Source: an uncultured Pseudohongiella sp.
GTDB lineage: Bacteria; Pseudomonadota; Gammaproteobacteria; Pseudomonadales; Pseudohongiellaceae
Length of the DNA stretch: 64,000 bases
Direction of reading: 5' to 3'
NCBI GenBank assembly: GCA_965201035.1
Contig: OZ241750.1
Span: 579,837-643,836, forward strand
In this document: positions 50,840 to 60,511 of the stretch, one piece after another
How positions within the stretch are numbered: position 1 is the stretch's first letter
Layout: the number at the start of each line of letters is the position of its first letter
Program-made: the position numbers and the translations under genes
The notes under the pieces: generated by a model
Database searches by the model: none
Seen by the model: only the letters and a program-made list of their open reading frames with translations
Told to the model about the DNA's origin: nothing

Positions 50840-52357
50840 TCAATCGCGGGAATCGCCGCCGGCGGGCGGCGCCGAGCGCAAGCGCTGGTACTCCTGTTCG
50901 AGTTTCTTCTGCTGTTTGCCGGAAACGCCGCCCAGTGCTTCCAGCGCCGCGCGCAGGCGCGCCCGGCAAAGATCCACGCCAAGCCAAGTGATGGAATCAA
51001 TTACCGAAAGCGAAACCGGCTTGCCGCTTATCGCTACGAACAGCGGGAACAGGAAATCCCGAATTTTCAGTTGCAGGCATTGGGCCAGTCGCCGCAAACC
51101 ATCTTCCACCACGGTGCGGTTCCATTCGGGCAACTCCTCCAAACACCATTGGCTGAAAAGCAGGATGCGGCGGCAGGCATCGGTGTCCAATCGCTTGTGG
51201 ACGAAATCTCCCGCCAGCGGCTTCAATTCGCCCCGCAGCATGAATCCCCCAAGTTCCTCGACCTCGCTGAACCGATTCACCCGCTGCCGCACGTGGGGAG
51301 TGATTTGTGCCAATCGCTCCGCGGGAAATGCCCACTCCGCGAAGCGCCGCGCGAACTCGGCGTCATCGAGTTCCTCGCGCAAATAACGTCCGTTCAACCA
51401 ATCTAATTTCTCCCGGTCGAAAATCGGCCCACCCAGGGACACCCTTTCCAACGCCAAATTCGCCTCCATTTGTGCCAAGCTGAATTTCTCTTCCCCATCG
51501 GGCATGGACCAGCCCATGTTGCCCAAAAAGTTGGCCAGTGCCTGAGGCAAATAGCCCATGTCCCGGTAGTAGCCGATGCCGACGGGATTGCGGCGCTTGC
51601 TGAGCTTGCTGCGGTCTGGATTGCGCAGCAGCGGCATGTGGCAGAAAACCGGTTTGTCCCAGCCGAAAGATTCGTATAGCAGGACGTGCTTGGGCATGGA
51701 GTTGATCCACTCCTCGCCGCGGATTACATGGCTGATTTCCATCAAGTGGTCATCCACCACATTGGCGAAGTGGTAAGTAGGCAGCCCATCGGATTTGATC
51801 AGCACGGACATATCGACTTGCGCCCACTGCACGCGAATCTCCCCGCGCAGCAGATCCTCGAATACACATTCGCCTTGCCGCGGTACCCGCAGGCGGACCA
51901 CATGGGGCTCGCCGCGTTTCAGCCGCTCCGCAACCTCTTCGTCCGTTAGTGCCAAACAATGTCCGTCATAACCAGGCTGCTGCTTTTGCCGCAATTGCTC
52001 TCGGCGCAATTCGGCAATTCTTTTTTCATCACAAAAACAATGAAATGCAAGTTTTTTTCCGAGCAAGAATTGAATATGTGATCGATAAATTTCTGTGCGT
52101 TCGCTTTGCCGATACGGCCCTTTGCCGCCATCTTGCCCCGGTCCTTCGTCCCAGTCCAAACCGAGCCACTGTAAGGCCCCGCGGATTTGCTCTTCGGAGC
52201 GCGCAGTGGAGCGCTCGCGGTCGGTGTCTTCAATTCGCAGTACAAAATCACCGCCATGGCGGCGCGCGAAACAGCGGTTGAACAAGGCGATGTAGGCCGT
52301 ACCGAGATGCGGGTCACCGGTAGGCGAAGGAGCGATTCTGGTTCTAACCCTGGGCAT
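50840..52357 (-). CDS. gltX: glutamate--tRNA ligase
   Basis: 505 aa with N-terminal RTRIAPSPTGDPHLGTAY (HIGH region) and KLSKR (KMSKS-type). Confidence 0.93.
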   Translation of the reverse strand: MPRVRTRIAPSPTGDPHLGTAYIALFNRCFARRHGGDFVLRIEDTDRERSTARSEEQIRGALQWLGLDWDEGPGQDGGKGPYRQSERTEIYRSHIQFLLGKKLAFHCFCDEKRIAELRREQLRQKQQPGYDGHCLALTDEEVAERLKRGEPHVVRLRVPRQGECVFEDLLRGEIRVQWAQVDMSVLIKSDGLPTYHFANVVDDHLMEISHVIRGEEWINSMPKHVLLYESFGWDKPVFCHMPLLRNPDRSKLSKRRNPVGIGYYRDMGYLPQALANFLGNMGWSMPDGEEKFSLAQMEANLALERVSLGGPIFDREKLDWLNGRYLREELDDAEFARRFAEWAFPAERLAQITPHVRQRVNRFSEVEELGGFMLRGELKPLAGDFVHKRLDTDACRRILLFSQWCLEELPEWNRTVVEDGLRRLAQCLQLKIRDFLFPLFVAISGKPVSLSVIDSITWLGVDLCRARLRAALEALGGVSGKQQKKLEQEYQRLRSAPPAGGDSRD

Positions 52358-52581
52358 GGCGGTTGGCGGTGGGCAGTTGCGGGGGCGGAATTATAAGCGA
52401 AACCACATCCACGCCGAATTTAGAGGCTTGGCATCCGTACCGCAGACACCGCCGGGAGGCGCCGCCCGTCGCCGACTCATCGCTTGATCGTCTCTATGCC
52501 GCAGCCTTCTAAGAAGGCTCTCGGCGATCCGCCGGTTTGATCGCTTGTTGACTGTTGTTTGCCGATGGGAATAATTGCGCT

Positions 52582-53601
52582 ATGAATTTGAATCCCAACA
52601 GAGGCCGGCCCGTGGCGAGCCAGGTGTGGAACACCGGCGGCGTAAGCCACCGGTTTTGCGTGGCGCCCATGATGGACCGCACGGACCGTCACGAGCGCGC
52701 ATTCCTGCGCCAGTTCACCCGCCGCGCGCTGCTGTACACGGAAATGCTGGCTGCGGGCGCCCTGCTCCACGGCGATACTGAATCGTTGTTGCGCTTCTCG
52801 CCCGAAGAACAACCCCTGGCCTTACAACTTGGCGGCGCAGATCCGGGAGAACTCGCCGCGGCGGCAACAATCGGCGTGGCCGCCGGTTACCGTGAAATCA
52901 ATCTCAATCTCGGCTGCCCCAGCGACCGGGTGCAGGGTGGCGGTTTCGGCGCGCGCCTGATGCTCCGGCCCAAGCGAGCCGCGGCCTGCGTGGCCGCAAT
53001 GACCGCCGCCGTGGATTTGCCGGTTACGGTGAAATGCCGCATTGGCGTAAACGATATGGACAGCGATGCCGAATTATTCGATTTCATTGAGACCATCGCC
53101 GCGACCGGCTGCCGGACTTTCATCATCCATGCCCGTATCGCGCTGCTCAAAGGACTTACGCCGAAACAGAATCGCGAAATTCCGCCGCTGAACTATCCAC
53201 GGGTATTTCGGGTTAAGCAAAAATTTCCCGAATTGGATATCGTCATCAATGGCGGCATCGATTGCCTGGATGGCGCGGCGGCGTTATTGCGCGAGGTCGA
53301 TGGCGTCATGCTCGGTCGGGAAGCCTACGGCAATCCCTATCTACTGAGCGGGGTGGACGAGGCCTTCTTCGGTGCAGCGCCGGTCGGCAAATCCCGCTTG
53401 GACTGTCTGCATGGATTTCTGCCCTATATCGAACGCGAGCTGGCGCAAGGCACGCCCCTGCACCATATGACGCGGCATATGCTCGGACTATTCAAGGGGC
53501 AGCCCGGCGGTCGCGGTTTCCGCCGCCGTTTGAGCGCCTGCGGCGCCCAGCGAGATGAAAATTTGGCGGTGCTGCGGGACGCCATGGCCTCGGTTGCTTG
53601 A
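52582..53601 (+). CDS. dusA: tRNA-dihydrouridine(20/20a) synthase DusA
   Basis: ATG at 52582. Motifs FCVAPMMDRTDRHERAFLR and EINLNLGCPSDRVQ are typical of DusA. Confidence 0.88.
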   Translation: MNLNPNRGRPVASQVWNTGGVSHRFCVAPMMDRTDRHERAFLRQFTRRALLYTEMLAAGALLHGDTESLLRFSPEEQPLALQLGGADPGELAAAATIGVAAGYREINLNLGCPSDRVQGGGFGARLMLRPKRAAACVAAMTAAVDLPVTVKCRIGVNDMDSDAELFDFIETIAATGCRTFIIHARIALLKGLTPKQNREIPPLNYPRVFRVKQKFPELDIVINGGIDCLDGAAALLREVDGVMLGREAYGNPYLLSGVDEAFFGAAPVGKSRLDCLHGFLPYIERELAQGTPLHHMTRHMLGLFKGQPGGRGFRRRLSACGAQRDENLAVLRDAMASVA

Positions 53602-54074
53602 TGATGCTGGAATCTTTACGGAGCTTGTTCCAAACCCGACCGGATTCCGCCGCCGCCGAAGGTGATGCCGAAAAGCGGCTGGAATTGGCCAGCGCCGCCC
53701 TGCTGTTCGAAGTGCTGAAGGCCGACCATGACATGGATGAGCGCGAGTTCGCGTCCATAGCCAAAGTGCTGCGCGCAACGACTTCGAAAGACTCGCGGGA
53801 AATCGAGGAGCTGCTGGAACTCGCTCGCCAGGAGTCGAGCGCCGCCACGTCCCTGTATGAATTCACCAGCTTGATCAACGAACATTTCGACTACGGGCGG
53901 AAATGCGCCTTGATCCGGCATATGTGGCGCATCGCCTACGCCGATTCCGAGCTAAGCAAATACGAGGACTATGTAATCCGCAAGGTTTGCGAACTGATTT
54001 ACGTCTCCCACAGCGATTTTATCCGCACCAAGCTGTGGGAGCGGGATGGGAGCAAATCAAAAATCGCCGAATAA
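53601..54074 (+). CDS. TerB-family (tellurite-resistance TerB-like) small protein
   Basis: About 157 aa, acidic and helical. LLFEVLKADHDMDEREF...MWRIAYADSELSKYEDYVIRKV resembles the TerB/DjlA-N fold family. The ATG shares its A with the dusA TGA. Confidence 0.6.
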   Translation: MMLESLRSLFQTRPDSAAAEGDAEKRLELASAALLFEVLKADHDMDEREFASIAKVLRATTSKDSREIEELLELARQESSAATSLYEFTSLINEHFDYGRKCALIRHMWRIAYADSELSKYEDYVIRKVCELIYVSHSDFIRTKLWERDGSKSKIAE

Positions 54075-54827
54075 ATCTTCCACTTGGCCGTCGCTGGCTT
54101 CGAACTCCCGGCTCTGCAAGTGGGCTTCCCGCGTGAAGATATAGCGGTCGCCGATGTACAGGCTCTCCATCGGCAGCAGGCCCGTGCGCCACTCAACCCG
54201 CTCCATGCCGAAGGCAGCCGCGCGCGCCGCTTCGTCTTCGATCTGGTACAATGGATTGAGCAGCGAATCCACCCCCAAGCCGAAGCTGTCCCGCACCGTG
54301 CTCGCGCCAAAAATGGGCAGCACGACAAAGGGCCCCGGAGGCACTCCCCAGACAGCCAGAGTCTGGCCGAAATCCTCCCGGTGCTTCTCCAATCCCAACT
54401 CGCTAGCGACATCGAACAAACCGCCGATGCCCACGGTTGTATTGATCAGAATGCGGCCGCAATCCGAGACCGCGTCGGCCACTTTCCATTGCAGAAGATT
54501 ATTCGCGAAAGTGTTGACATCATCGACGTTGGCGAAAAAATTGCTGATGCTTGTTTGCACCGGAGAGGGTATGTAGCTGGTGTAGCCTATCGCCAGTGGC
54601 CGCAGAACCACCCCGTCGAGATACTCGTTGAAGCCAAAAACGGCGCGGTTGAATTCGATTAGCGGATCTGGATTCGCTTCGAACGCCACCTCCTGTCCCA
54701 GCGTCGGCATGGCCGGCAGGACCGCAATGGCCCACAGCAGCGCCCGCAGGAACTGCGGCCGTCGGCGCGGCGATTCAGAGTTTCCCATTGTCGGTTGTAC
54801 GGGCAAAACCAGCCCCCTCCATCTCAT
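54057..54827 (-). CDS. mlaA: MlaA/VacJ family outer-membrane lipid asymmetry protein (start uncertain)
   Basis: DPLIEFNRAVFGFNEYLD...INTTVGIGGLFDVA...DFGQTLAVWGVPPGPFVVLPIFG matches the MlaA core. The 3' end overlaps the TerB-like gene by 18 nt (convergent). Confidence 0.8.
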   Translation of the reverse strand: MRWRGLVLPVQPTMGNSESPRRRPQFLRALLWAIAVLPAMPTLGQEVAFEANPDPLIEFNRAVFGFNEYLDGVVLRPLAIGYTSYIPSPVQTSISNFFANVDDVNTFANNLLQWKVADAVSDCGRILINTTVGIGGLFDVASELGLEKHREDFGQTLAVWGVPPGPFVVLPIFGASTVRDSFGLGVDSLLNPLYQIEDEAARAAAFGMERVEWRTGLLPMESLYIGDRYIFTREAHLQSREFEASDGQVEDLFGDF

Positions 54828-54851
54828 GCATGGATCAGCTAATAATGGCGA

Positions 54852-57800
54852 TCACGCCGTCAGTCGCTTGATCTGTTTGTTCAGCCTCTGCCCGGAAACC
54901 GGAAAGGCCGTGCCCAGCCGCTGGGCGAATAGGGAAACCCTGAATTCCTCTATCGACCAACGCAGGCACCGCATGAGTTCTTCGGACTCCCCCCGCGAAC
55001 CGCGCAGCTGCTCGAACCTGCTCGTGTAGTATGCCATTTCCCGCGTGCGCTTTTCATCCGCCGGACCAAAATGCGGCGCTTTTTCGAGTCGGCAGCGGAT
55101 ACCGTCGAGATAGCGTGGATAATGCCGCAGCCATTTGAATTCGGTATTTTGCAAAAACCCTTCGGGAAACAGACCCGCGAGTTGCGTTTGGATATCTTCG
55201 CGGACGCGCTGTCCGTAGACTGCTGGCAGTTTCCCCAGTTCGCGGCGGACATCGGCCAACCGCTCCAGAATCCGTGCGAGCAAGCTTTCCAGTTCTTCTC
55301 CGACTAGCGGCAATCTGCTCCCATGGCGGTGCAGCAAGGCATTGAATGTTTGGCGATTGCGGGGCAATTCTTCGTGTAGGGCGAATGTTTCCATAAAACA
55401 GGCGATGGCCGCATCGCGTTCGATTTCCCGCAGAGTCGGCAGCAGCAGCAATTTGGCCGCATTCGCGTTTTTGAAACGCAGGAACTTTTTTTGCAGGGCG
55501 TTGCGGCGGGCCGCGGCGCGCAGCAGCAACAGGCGCAAAACCCCCCGCCGGCTAAGCGCCACGGCTTTCCGCCAACTATCCAATAGCTCGATGGCGACCG
55601 AATCGCCCTCGTCCACCAACGCCGGATAGCGCAGCAAGACAGTTTCGGCACCGAGGTGAACGCTCTCCGGCAGCTCTTCGAGTTCCCAATCTTTCATACC
55701 CCGGCGCTCAAGCGGATGCGGCGGCGCACTGTGCGCAATGTTGGCGAAACGCTTTTGCAATTTCCCCAAGTCCGCACTTTCGGCCAGACCGCGGCCGTGA
55801 GACGCCACTACCCGCAGCCGCGTTCGCAGATGCGCTGGCAGTTCCACCGCCGACAACTCATCGCGCGTTACGCCGACATTGCCCGCCGCGCTTATTTGCC
55901 GCAGCAGGGAATCGATCAGTTCGCCATCGGCGCGGGACATCCGCGGCAGGATGCGGTCGACGAAATCCGGCACTGGAACGAAATTGCGGCGCTTGCTCTT
56001 GGGCAGGCCGCGCAGCAAGCTTATACATTTCTCGCGCACCAGACCCGGCACGGCCCAGTCGAGGTCGGCAGTGGACAGCTGCGCCAACAGTTCTTTTGGT
56101 ACCAGCACGGCGGCGCCGTCGCAGCTGTCGCCCGGCTGGAAGACATAATCCACCGTCAGCGTGTTGTGCCGCAGTTGGATCCGGTCGGGAAATTGGCGTT
56201 CCAATTCGGCTTCGGCGTCGCCGCGGAACAGTCCCGCGTGTTTCATGTCCAGCAAGCGATTGCGGCCGGCGGGGTCTTTGGCCAGCCAGTTTTCCAAAGT
56301 TCGGGTGGAAACGACCGTACCGGGAATTCTTTCCTCATAAAACAGTTGTATTTCCCGGTCATTTACGACGGTTTCGGGGCGGCGGAACTTCTCTTCCTGC
56401 TTGCGCAGCGCCGCTAAAAACTCTCCATTGCGCCGTAAAAAATCCGCGTCGCAGCGGATCTTGCCCTCAATCAAGGCTTGATCCAAAAACACATCGCGGG
56501 CGCCAGCCCGATCAAGTTTGGCGTAATCCACCGCGAATTTTTCCCGCAGCGCGAGTCCGTACAGCAGCTTTTTCTCGTACACCATAACTTGCTGTCGGTC
56601 AGCGCTCCAAAACGCTTCGCTGTATTCCCGGCGAATCAGATGGCGAGCGAATGGAATAACCCAAGCGGGATTGATGCGGGCGGCCATGGTGGCGAAAGTC
56701 CGCGACGTATCCACCCATTCATTGGTGACGATCCAGCGGGTTTTTTTGCGCGCCAGCACTGAAGTGGCCGCCAGGCTCAATTTGCGGTTGCGGCTGCCCA
56801 CGTACTCCCGGTCCCCGTCATGCCGCGCGATTTGATTCAGCAAACCGCTCAGCAAGGCGCGGTGTATCTCCGCATAGCCCGCGGGGCGGCTGTTCAAGGC
56901 GAGCTGCAAACGCCTGCATGCACCCAGGGTTTGACGGTGAATTTCCCGCCATTCGCGCACCCGCTGAAAGGAAAGGCCATATTTTCCGCAAAACTTTCGC
57001 AATCGGGATTGGGATGCGCGCTCTTTCTCGCAGCGCTCCCACAGTGTGAGCAAGCCGAGAAAATCTGACTCCGGCGCGGTGAATTCGGCGCGTTTTTCAG
57101 TGTTTGATGCAGCGGGGCCGGACTCCCACAAATCTCCCAGGCTTAAAGCGCTGACAATCACCAAAAGTTCCCGCAGACTGCCCAGTTCCGCCGCCGCCAC
57201 CAGCATTCGACCGAGTTGCGGCTCCAGCGGAAGTTCGGCGATTTTGCGCCCCAGGCAGGTTAGGTCGCCGGCGGCATCGACCGTCCCCAATTCCCACAGC
57301 AGCCTGCGGCCGTCGTTGATCGATTTTTTCTCCGGCGCATCAAGGAATGGAAAGTCCTCGGGACTGTCGAGCCGCAGCAAGCCCATGCGCAGCAGCACCG
57401 ATGCCAAATTCGAACGTTTGATTTCCGGGTCGGTGAACTCGGGCCGGGCGAGATAGTCCCGCTTGCCGTACAGGCGGACACAAACCCCGGGGGCGATTCT
57501 GCCACAGCGGCCTTTGCGTTGATCCGCGCTGGCCCTGGAAACCGGTTCGATGGGCAGCCGCAGCAGCTTGCGCTGGAGGCTGTAGCGGCTTACTCGAGCG
57601 AATCCAGCATCGATCACGCCATGAATTCCCGGCACCGTCAGCGAGGTTTCGGCGATATTCGTTGCCAACACGATACGGCGACGGTCGCCGCCGGGTTGAA
57701 AGATGCGTTTTTGTTCCGCCGCGGGCAAACGCGAGTACAGCGGCAAAATTTCCGTTCTCGGCAGGCGGCGCTTGCGCAAATACGCCGCCGTTTCCCGAAT

Positions 57801-58808
57801 CTCTTTCTCGCTGCTTAGAAACACCAAGACGTCGGCTTCGGCGCGGGTGGGTGTCCCTCGGGTTTCCGCGCGGGCGGAAGTTCCATCGAGTTGCTTCTCG
57901 TCGGGTTGCTCCGGTATTTGGCCCCCGGCGGGGACGGATCCACCGCGGGCCTGGGCGTCGAGGATTGCGACGGCGGCGGCTACGGCGGCCATTTGCTTTT
58001 CTTCTTCGGGGGCTTCGGGCGCCAATTGCTCCAAAGGGCGATACAGCGTTTCAACCGGGTGGCCGCGACCGGCGACGCGAACGATGGGTGCACCGCCAAA
58101 ATGCGCCGCGATGCGCTCCACGTCGAGGGTCGCCGAGGTAATAATCAATTTCAGATCCCGGCGCCGGGGCAATATGAGCTTTAGATAGCCCAGCAGAAAA
58201 TCGACATTCAGCGAACGCTCGTGGGCTTCATCGATAATCAGCGCTTGGTACTTCTTCAGCAGGCGGTCGCGGCGGATTTCCGTGAGCAGGATGCCGTCGG
58301 TCATCAGTTTCAAATAGGTATTGGCGGCCACTCTTTCATCGAAGCGGATTTGCGTGCCGACTCCAGAGCCGTTGAAGGCGCCGAGTTCCTCCGCGATTCG
58401 ATTCGCCACCGACAGCGCCGCCAATCTGCGCGGCTGGGTGTGCCCGATCATGCCCCGGCGTCCCAGGCCGGCGCGCAGGCAGATCTTGGGCAGTTGCGTG
58501 GTCTTGCCCGAACCGGTGTCGCCGGCAACCACCAGTACCTGATTGCCGTCGATCAGTCTTTCGATTTCCCGCGCATGGCGGCCGATGGGCAGGTCTGCCG
58601 GGATCGATATTTCCGTGGGGATCGATTCGGCGCGCAATTCTGCTTGCCGCGGGTGGTTGTTTTTTGGCGCCGCGGACTTGTTGATGCTGTCCGCGGCGCG
58701 CGAATTCCGCCGGGGCGGATTGGTGCGGTGGCGCGGCGCCGGCCTGGGCCGCGCCTCAAATGGCTTTGTGCGTCGCCCGGGGAGACGCGGATTTTCGGTC
58801 TCAGCCAC
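54852..58808 (-). CDS. hrpA: ATP-dependent RNA helicase HrpA (DEAH box)
   Basis: GDTGSGKTTQLPK, the DEAH box (IIDEAHERS) and long HA2/OB/C-terminal domains. The ORF-track start at 58859 overlaps the upstream ligase. GTG at 58808 overlaps its stop (GTGGCTGA) and is more plausible. Confidence 0.9.
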   Translation of the reverse strand: MAETENPRLPGRRTKPFEARPRPAPRHRTNPPRRNSRAADSINKSAAPKNNHPRQAELRAESIPTEISIPADLPIGRHAREIERLIDGNQVLVVAGDTGSGKTTQLPKICLRAGLGRRGMIGHTQPRRLAALSVANRIAEELGAFNGSGVGTQIRFDERVAANTYLKLMTDGILLTEIRRDRLLKKYQALIIDEAHERSLNVDFLLGYLKLILPRRRDLKLIITSATLDVERIAAHFGGAPIVRVAGRGHPVETLYRPLEQLAPEAPEEEKQMAAVAAAVAILDAQARGGSVPAGGQIPEQPDEKQLDGTSARAETRGTPTRAEADVLVFLSSEKEIRETAAYLRKRRLPRTEILPLYSRLPAAEQKRIFQPGGDRRRIVLATNIAETSLTVPGIHGVIDAGFARVSRYSLQRKLLRLPIEPVSRASADQRKGRCGRIAPGVCVRLYGKRDYLARPEFTDPEIKRSNLASVLLRMGLLRLDSPEDFPFLDAPEKKSINDGRRLLWELGTVDAAGDLTCLGRKIAELPLEPQLGRMLVAAAELGSLRELLVIVSALSLGDLWESGPAASNTEKRAEFTAPESDFLGLLTLWERCEKERASQSRLRKFCGKYGLSFQRVREWREIHRQTLGACRRLQLALNSRPAGYAEIHRALLSGLLNQIARHDGDREYVGSRNRKLSLAATSVLARKKTRWIVTNEWVDTSRTFATMAARINPAWVIPFARHLIRREYSEAFWSADRQQVMVYEKKLLYGLALREKFAVDYAKLDRAGARDVFLDQALIEGKIRCDADFLRRNGEFLAALRKQEEKFRRPETVVNDREIQLFYEERIPGTVVSTRTLENWLAKDPAGRNRLLDMKHAGLFRGDAEAELERQFPDRIQLRHNTLTVDYVFQPGDSCDGAAVLVPKELLAQLSTADLDWAVPGLVREKCISLLRGLPKSKRRNFVPVPDFVDRILPRMSRADGELIDSLLRQISAAGNVGVTRDELSAVELPAHLRTRLRVVASHGRGLAESADLGKLQKRFANIAHSAPPHPLERRGMKDWELEELPESVHLGAETVLLRYPALVDEGDSVAIELLDSWRKAVALSRRGVLRLLLLRAAARRNALQKKFLRFKNANAAKLLLLPTLREIERDAAIACFMETFALHEELPRNRQTFNALLHRHGSRLPLVGEELESLLARILERLADVRRELGKLPAVYGQRVREDIQTQLAGLFPEGFLQNTEFKWLRHYPRYLDGIRCRLEKAPHFGPADEKRTREMAYYTSRFEQLRGSRGESEELMRCLRWSIEEFRVSLFAQRLGTAFPVSGQRLNKQIKRLTA

Positions 58809-60453
58809 GCAATTCGCGCCGCAGAATTTTGCCGATGTTCGACTTCGGCAAATCTTCAACGAATTCGACCTGGCGCGGAACTTTGTAAGCCGTCAACCCC
58901 TGACGGCACCAATCCCGCAGGGATTCGGCGTCCAATGGAGCGGCGTTTTCACTACCCGCCGAATGCGGCGCATCGCCGGCGACAACGAAGAGTTTCACCG
59001 CCTCGCCGGATTTCTCGTCCGGCACGCCGATGGCGGCGCATTCCACAACCTGGGGATGGCGATTGACCCAATCTTCGATCTCGTTGGGAAAAACATTGAA
59101 GCCGGAAACCAAAATCATATCTTTCTTGCGGTCAACGATGCTGAGATACCCATCCTCGCCGATACTGACGTAATCTCCGGTGCTAAACCAACCTTCGGCA
59201 TCGATGCTTTCCCTGGTCGCCTCTTCCCGGTCGTAATAGCCGGCCATGACTTGGGGGCCGCGCACTTGCAACTCGCCCACGGCGCCGGGCGGCAAGACTT
59301 TGCCCTGCCCGTCAACCGCACGCAACTCCGTTTCCGGCAGCGCCTTGCCGACGGTGCCGGCGCGCACTTCGCCCGGCAGATTCACGGAAACTCCGGGAGC
59401 GCACTCGGTCAAGCCATAACCCTCGAGAATCTCGCAACCGCTCAATTCGCGCCATTCCTCCGCCACCGAACTCGACATTGCCATGCCGCCGGCGGAGCAA
59501 AACTCCAGATTGGAAAAATCCAGTTTGTTGATACTCGGATGCCTGAGCAAAGCCGAATACAAGGTATTGATGCCGGCAAAGCCGTGAATGCGGTTGCGAC
59601 CGAGCAGTCTGATCAAAGCACCGATGTCACGGGGGTTCGGCACCAGGAAATTGTGGGCCCCGGCGAAGGCCATAACCAACAAATGCAACTGAAAGGCGTA
59701 GGTATGGTACAGCGGCAAGGGTGCGACCACATTCGCCGCCTGGTCATCCATCACCAAGCAGGTTCTCGACCGCATCTGCATCATATTGGCGATGAGATTG
59801 CGGTGCGTGAGCATGGCACCCTTGGCGACGCCGGTAGTGCCGCCGGTGTAGAGGATCAATGCCGTGTCTGCATCGCCCCTGGTTGAATTGGCAATGGCCA
59901 CCTCGGAAGCAACCGCGTCGCGGAATGTGTGCGCGTCGGCCAATTCGTAGGTCGGAACCATTTTGCGCCAATGCTTGGCGGCGAAATTCAACAGCATCCG
60001 CCGGGGCGCGGGAACCAGGTCGCCGGGCTTGGCGATAATTACGTGTTCCAGTTCGGTTTTGCCGATTATCCGCTGCAACTTGTCGCAGAAGGATTCGAGG
60101 ATGATGACCGCCTTGGCACCGGAATCGCGTAGCTGATGCTCCATTTCCGGAGCTGTGTAGAGTGGATTGGTGGTGACGATGACCAAATCGGCCTTGATCG
60201 CTGCGTACACCGCGACCGGGAATTGCAACACATTGGGCAGTTGTATCGCCAGCCGGTCGCCGGCCCGCAAACCCAAGCGGTTGCGCAGAAACCCCGCCAA
60301 TCGGCTGCTCAATTCATCGATTTTGCGATAACTCAGGGTGTGTCCGAAACAAGTGAACCCGGGCAGATCACCGTGGCGGGCGACGATGCGGTCGAGTACC
60401 TCGGCGAGCGAAGAATACTGCTCATAACGCAGTTCAGCGGGCAACTTTTCCAT
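58801..60453 (-). CDS. fadD: long-chain-fatty-acid--CoA ligase (AMP-binding enzyme family)
   Basis: 550 aa with the AMP-binding signature LILYTGGTTGVAKGAMLTHRN and the C-terminal GKILRRELR. Confidence 0.8.
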   Translation of the reverse strand: MEKLPAELRYEQYSSLAEVLDRIVARHGDLPGFTCFGHTLSYRKIDELSSRLAGFLRNRLGLRAGDRLAIQLPNVLQFPVAVYAAIKADLVIVTTNPLYTAPEMEHQLRDSGAKAVIILESFCDKLQRIIGKTELEHVIIAKPGDLVPAPRRMLLNFAAKHWRKMVPTYELADAHTFRDAVASEVAIANSTRGDADTALILYTGGTTGVAKGAMLTHRNLIANMMQMRSRTCLVMDDQAANVVAPLPLYHTYAFQLHLLVMAFAGAHNFLVPNPRDIGALIRLLGRNRIHGFAGINTLYSALLRHPSINKLDFSNLEFCSAGGMAMSSSVAEEWRELSGCEILEGYGLTECAPGVSVNLPGEVRAGTVGKALPETELRAVDGQGKVLPPGAVGELQVRGPQVMAGYYDREEATRESIDAEGWFSTGDYVSIGEDGYLSIVDRKKDMILVSGFNVFPNEIEDWVNRHPQVVECAAIGVPDEKSGEAVKLFVVAGDAPHSAGSENAAPLDAESLRDWCRQGLTAYKVPRQVEFVEDLPKSNIGKILRRELRG

Positions 60454-60511
60454 GGATGCGGGCTCTTTTGCTTGGTACGACGGCCTATTTTTTGTTCGTC
60501 GCGGGTTGATG

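Noticed and set aside
58543-59886. 447-aa plus-strand ORF
   Set aside because: It is antisense to the hrpA 5' end and the acyl-CoA ligase. It is a shadow ORF.
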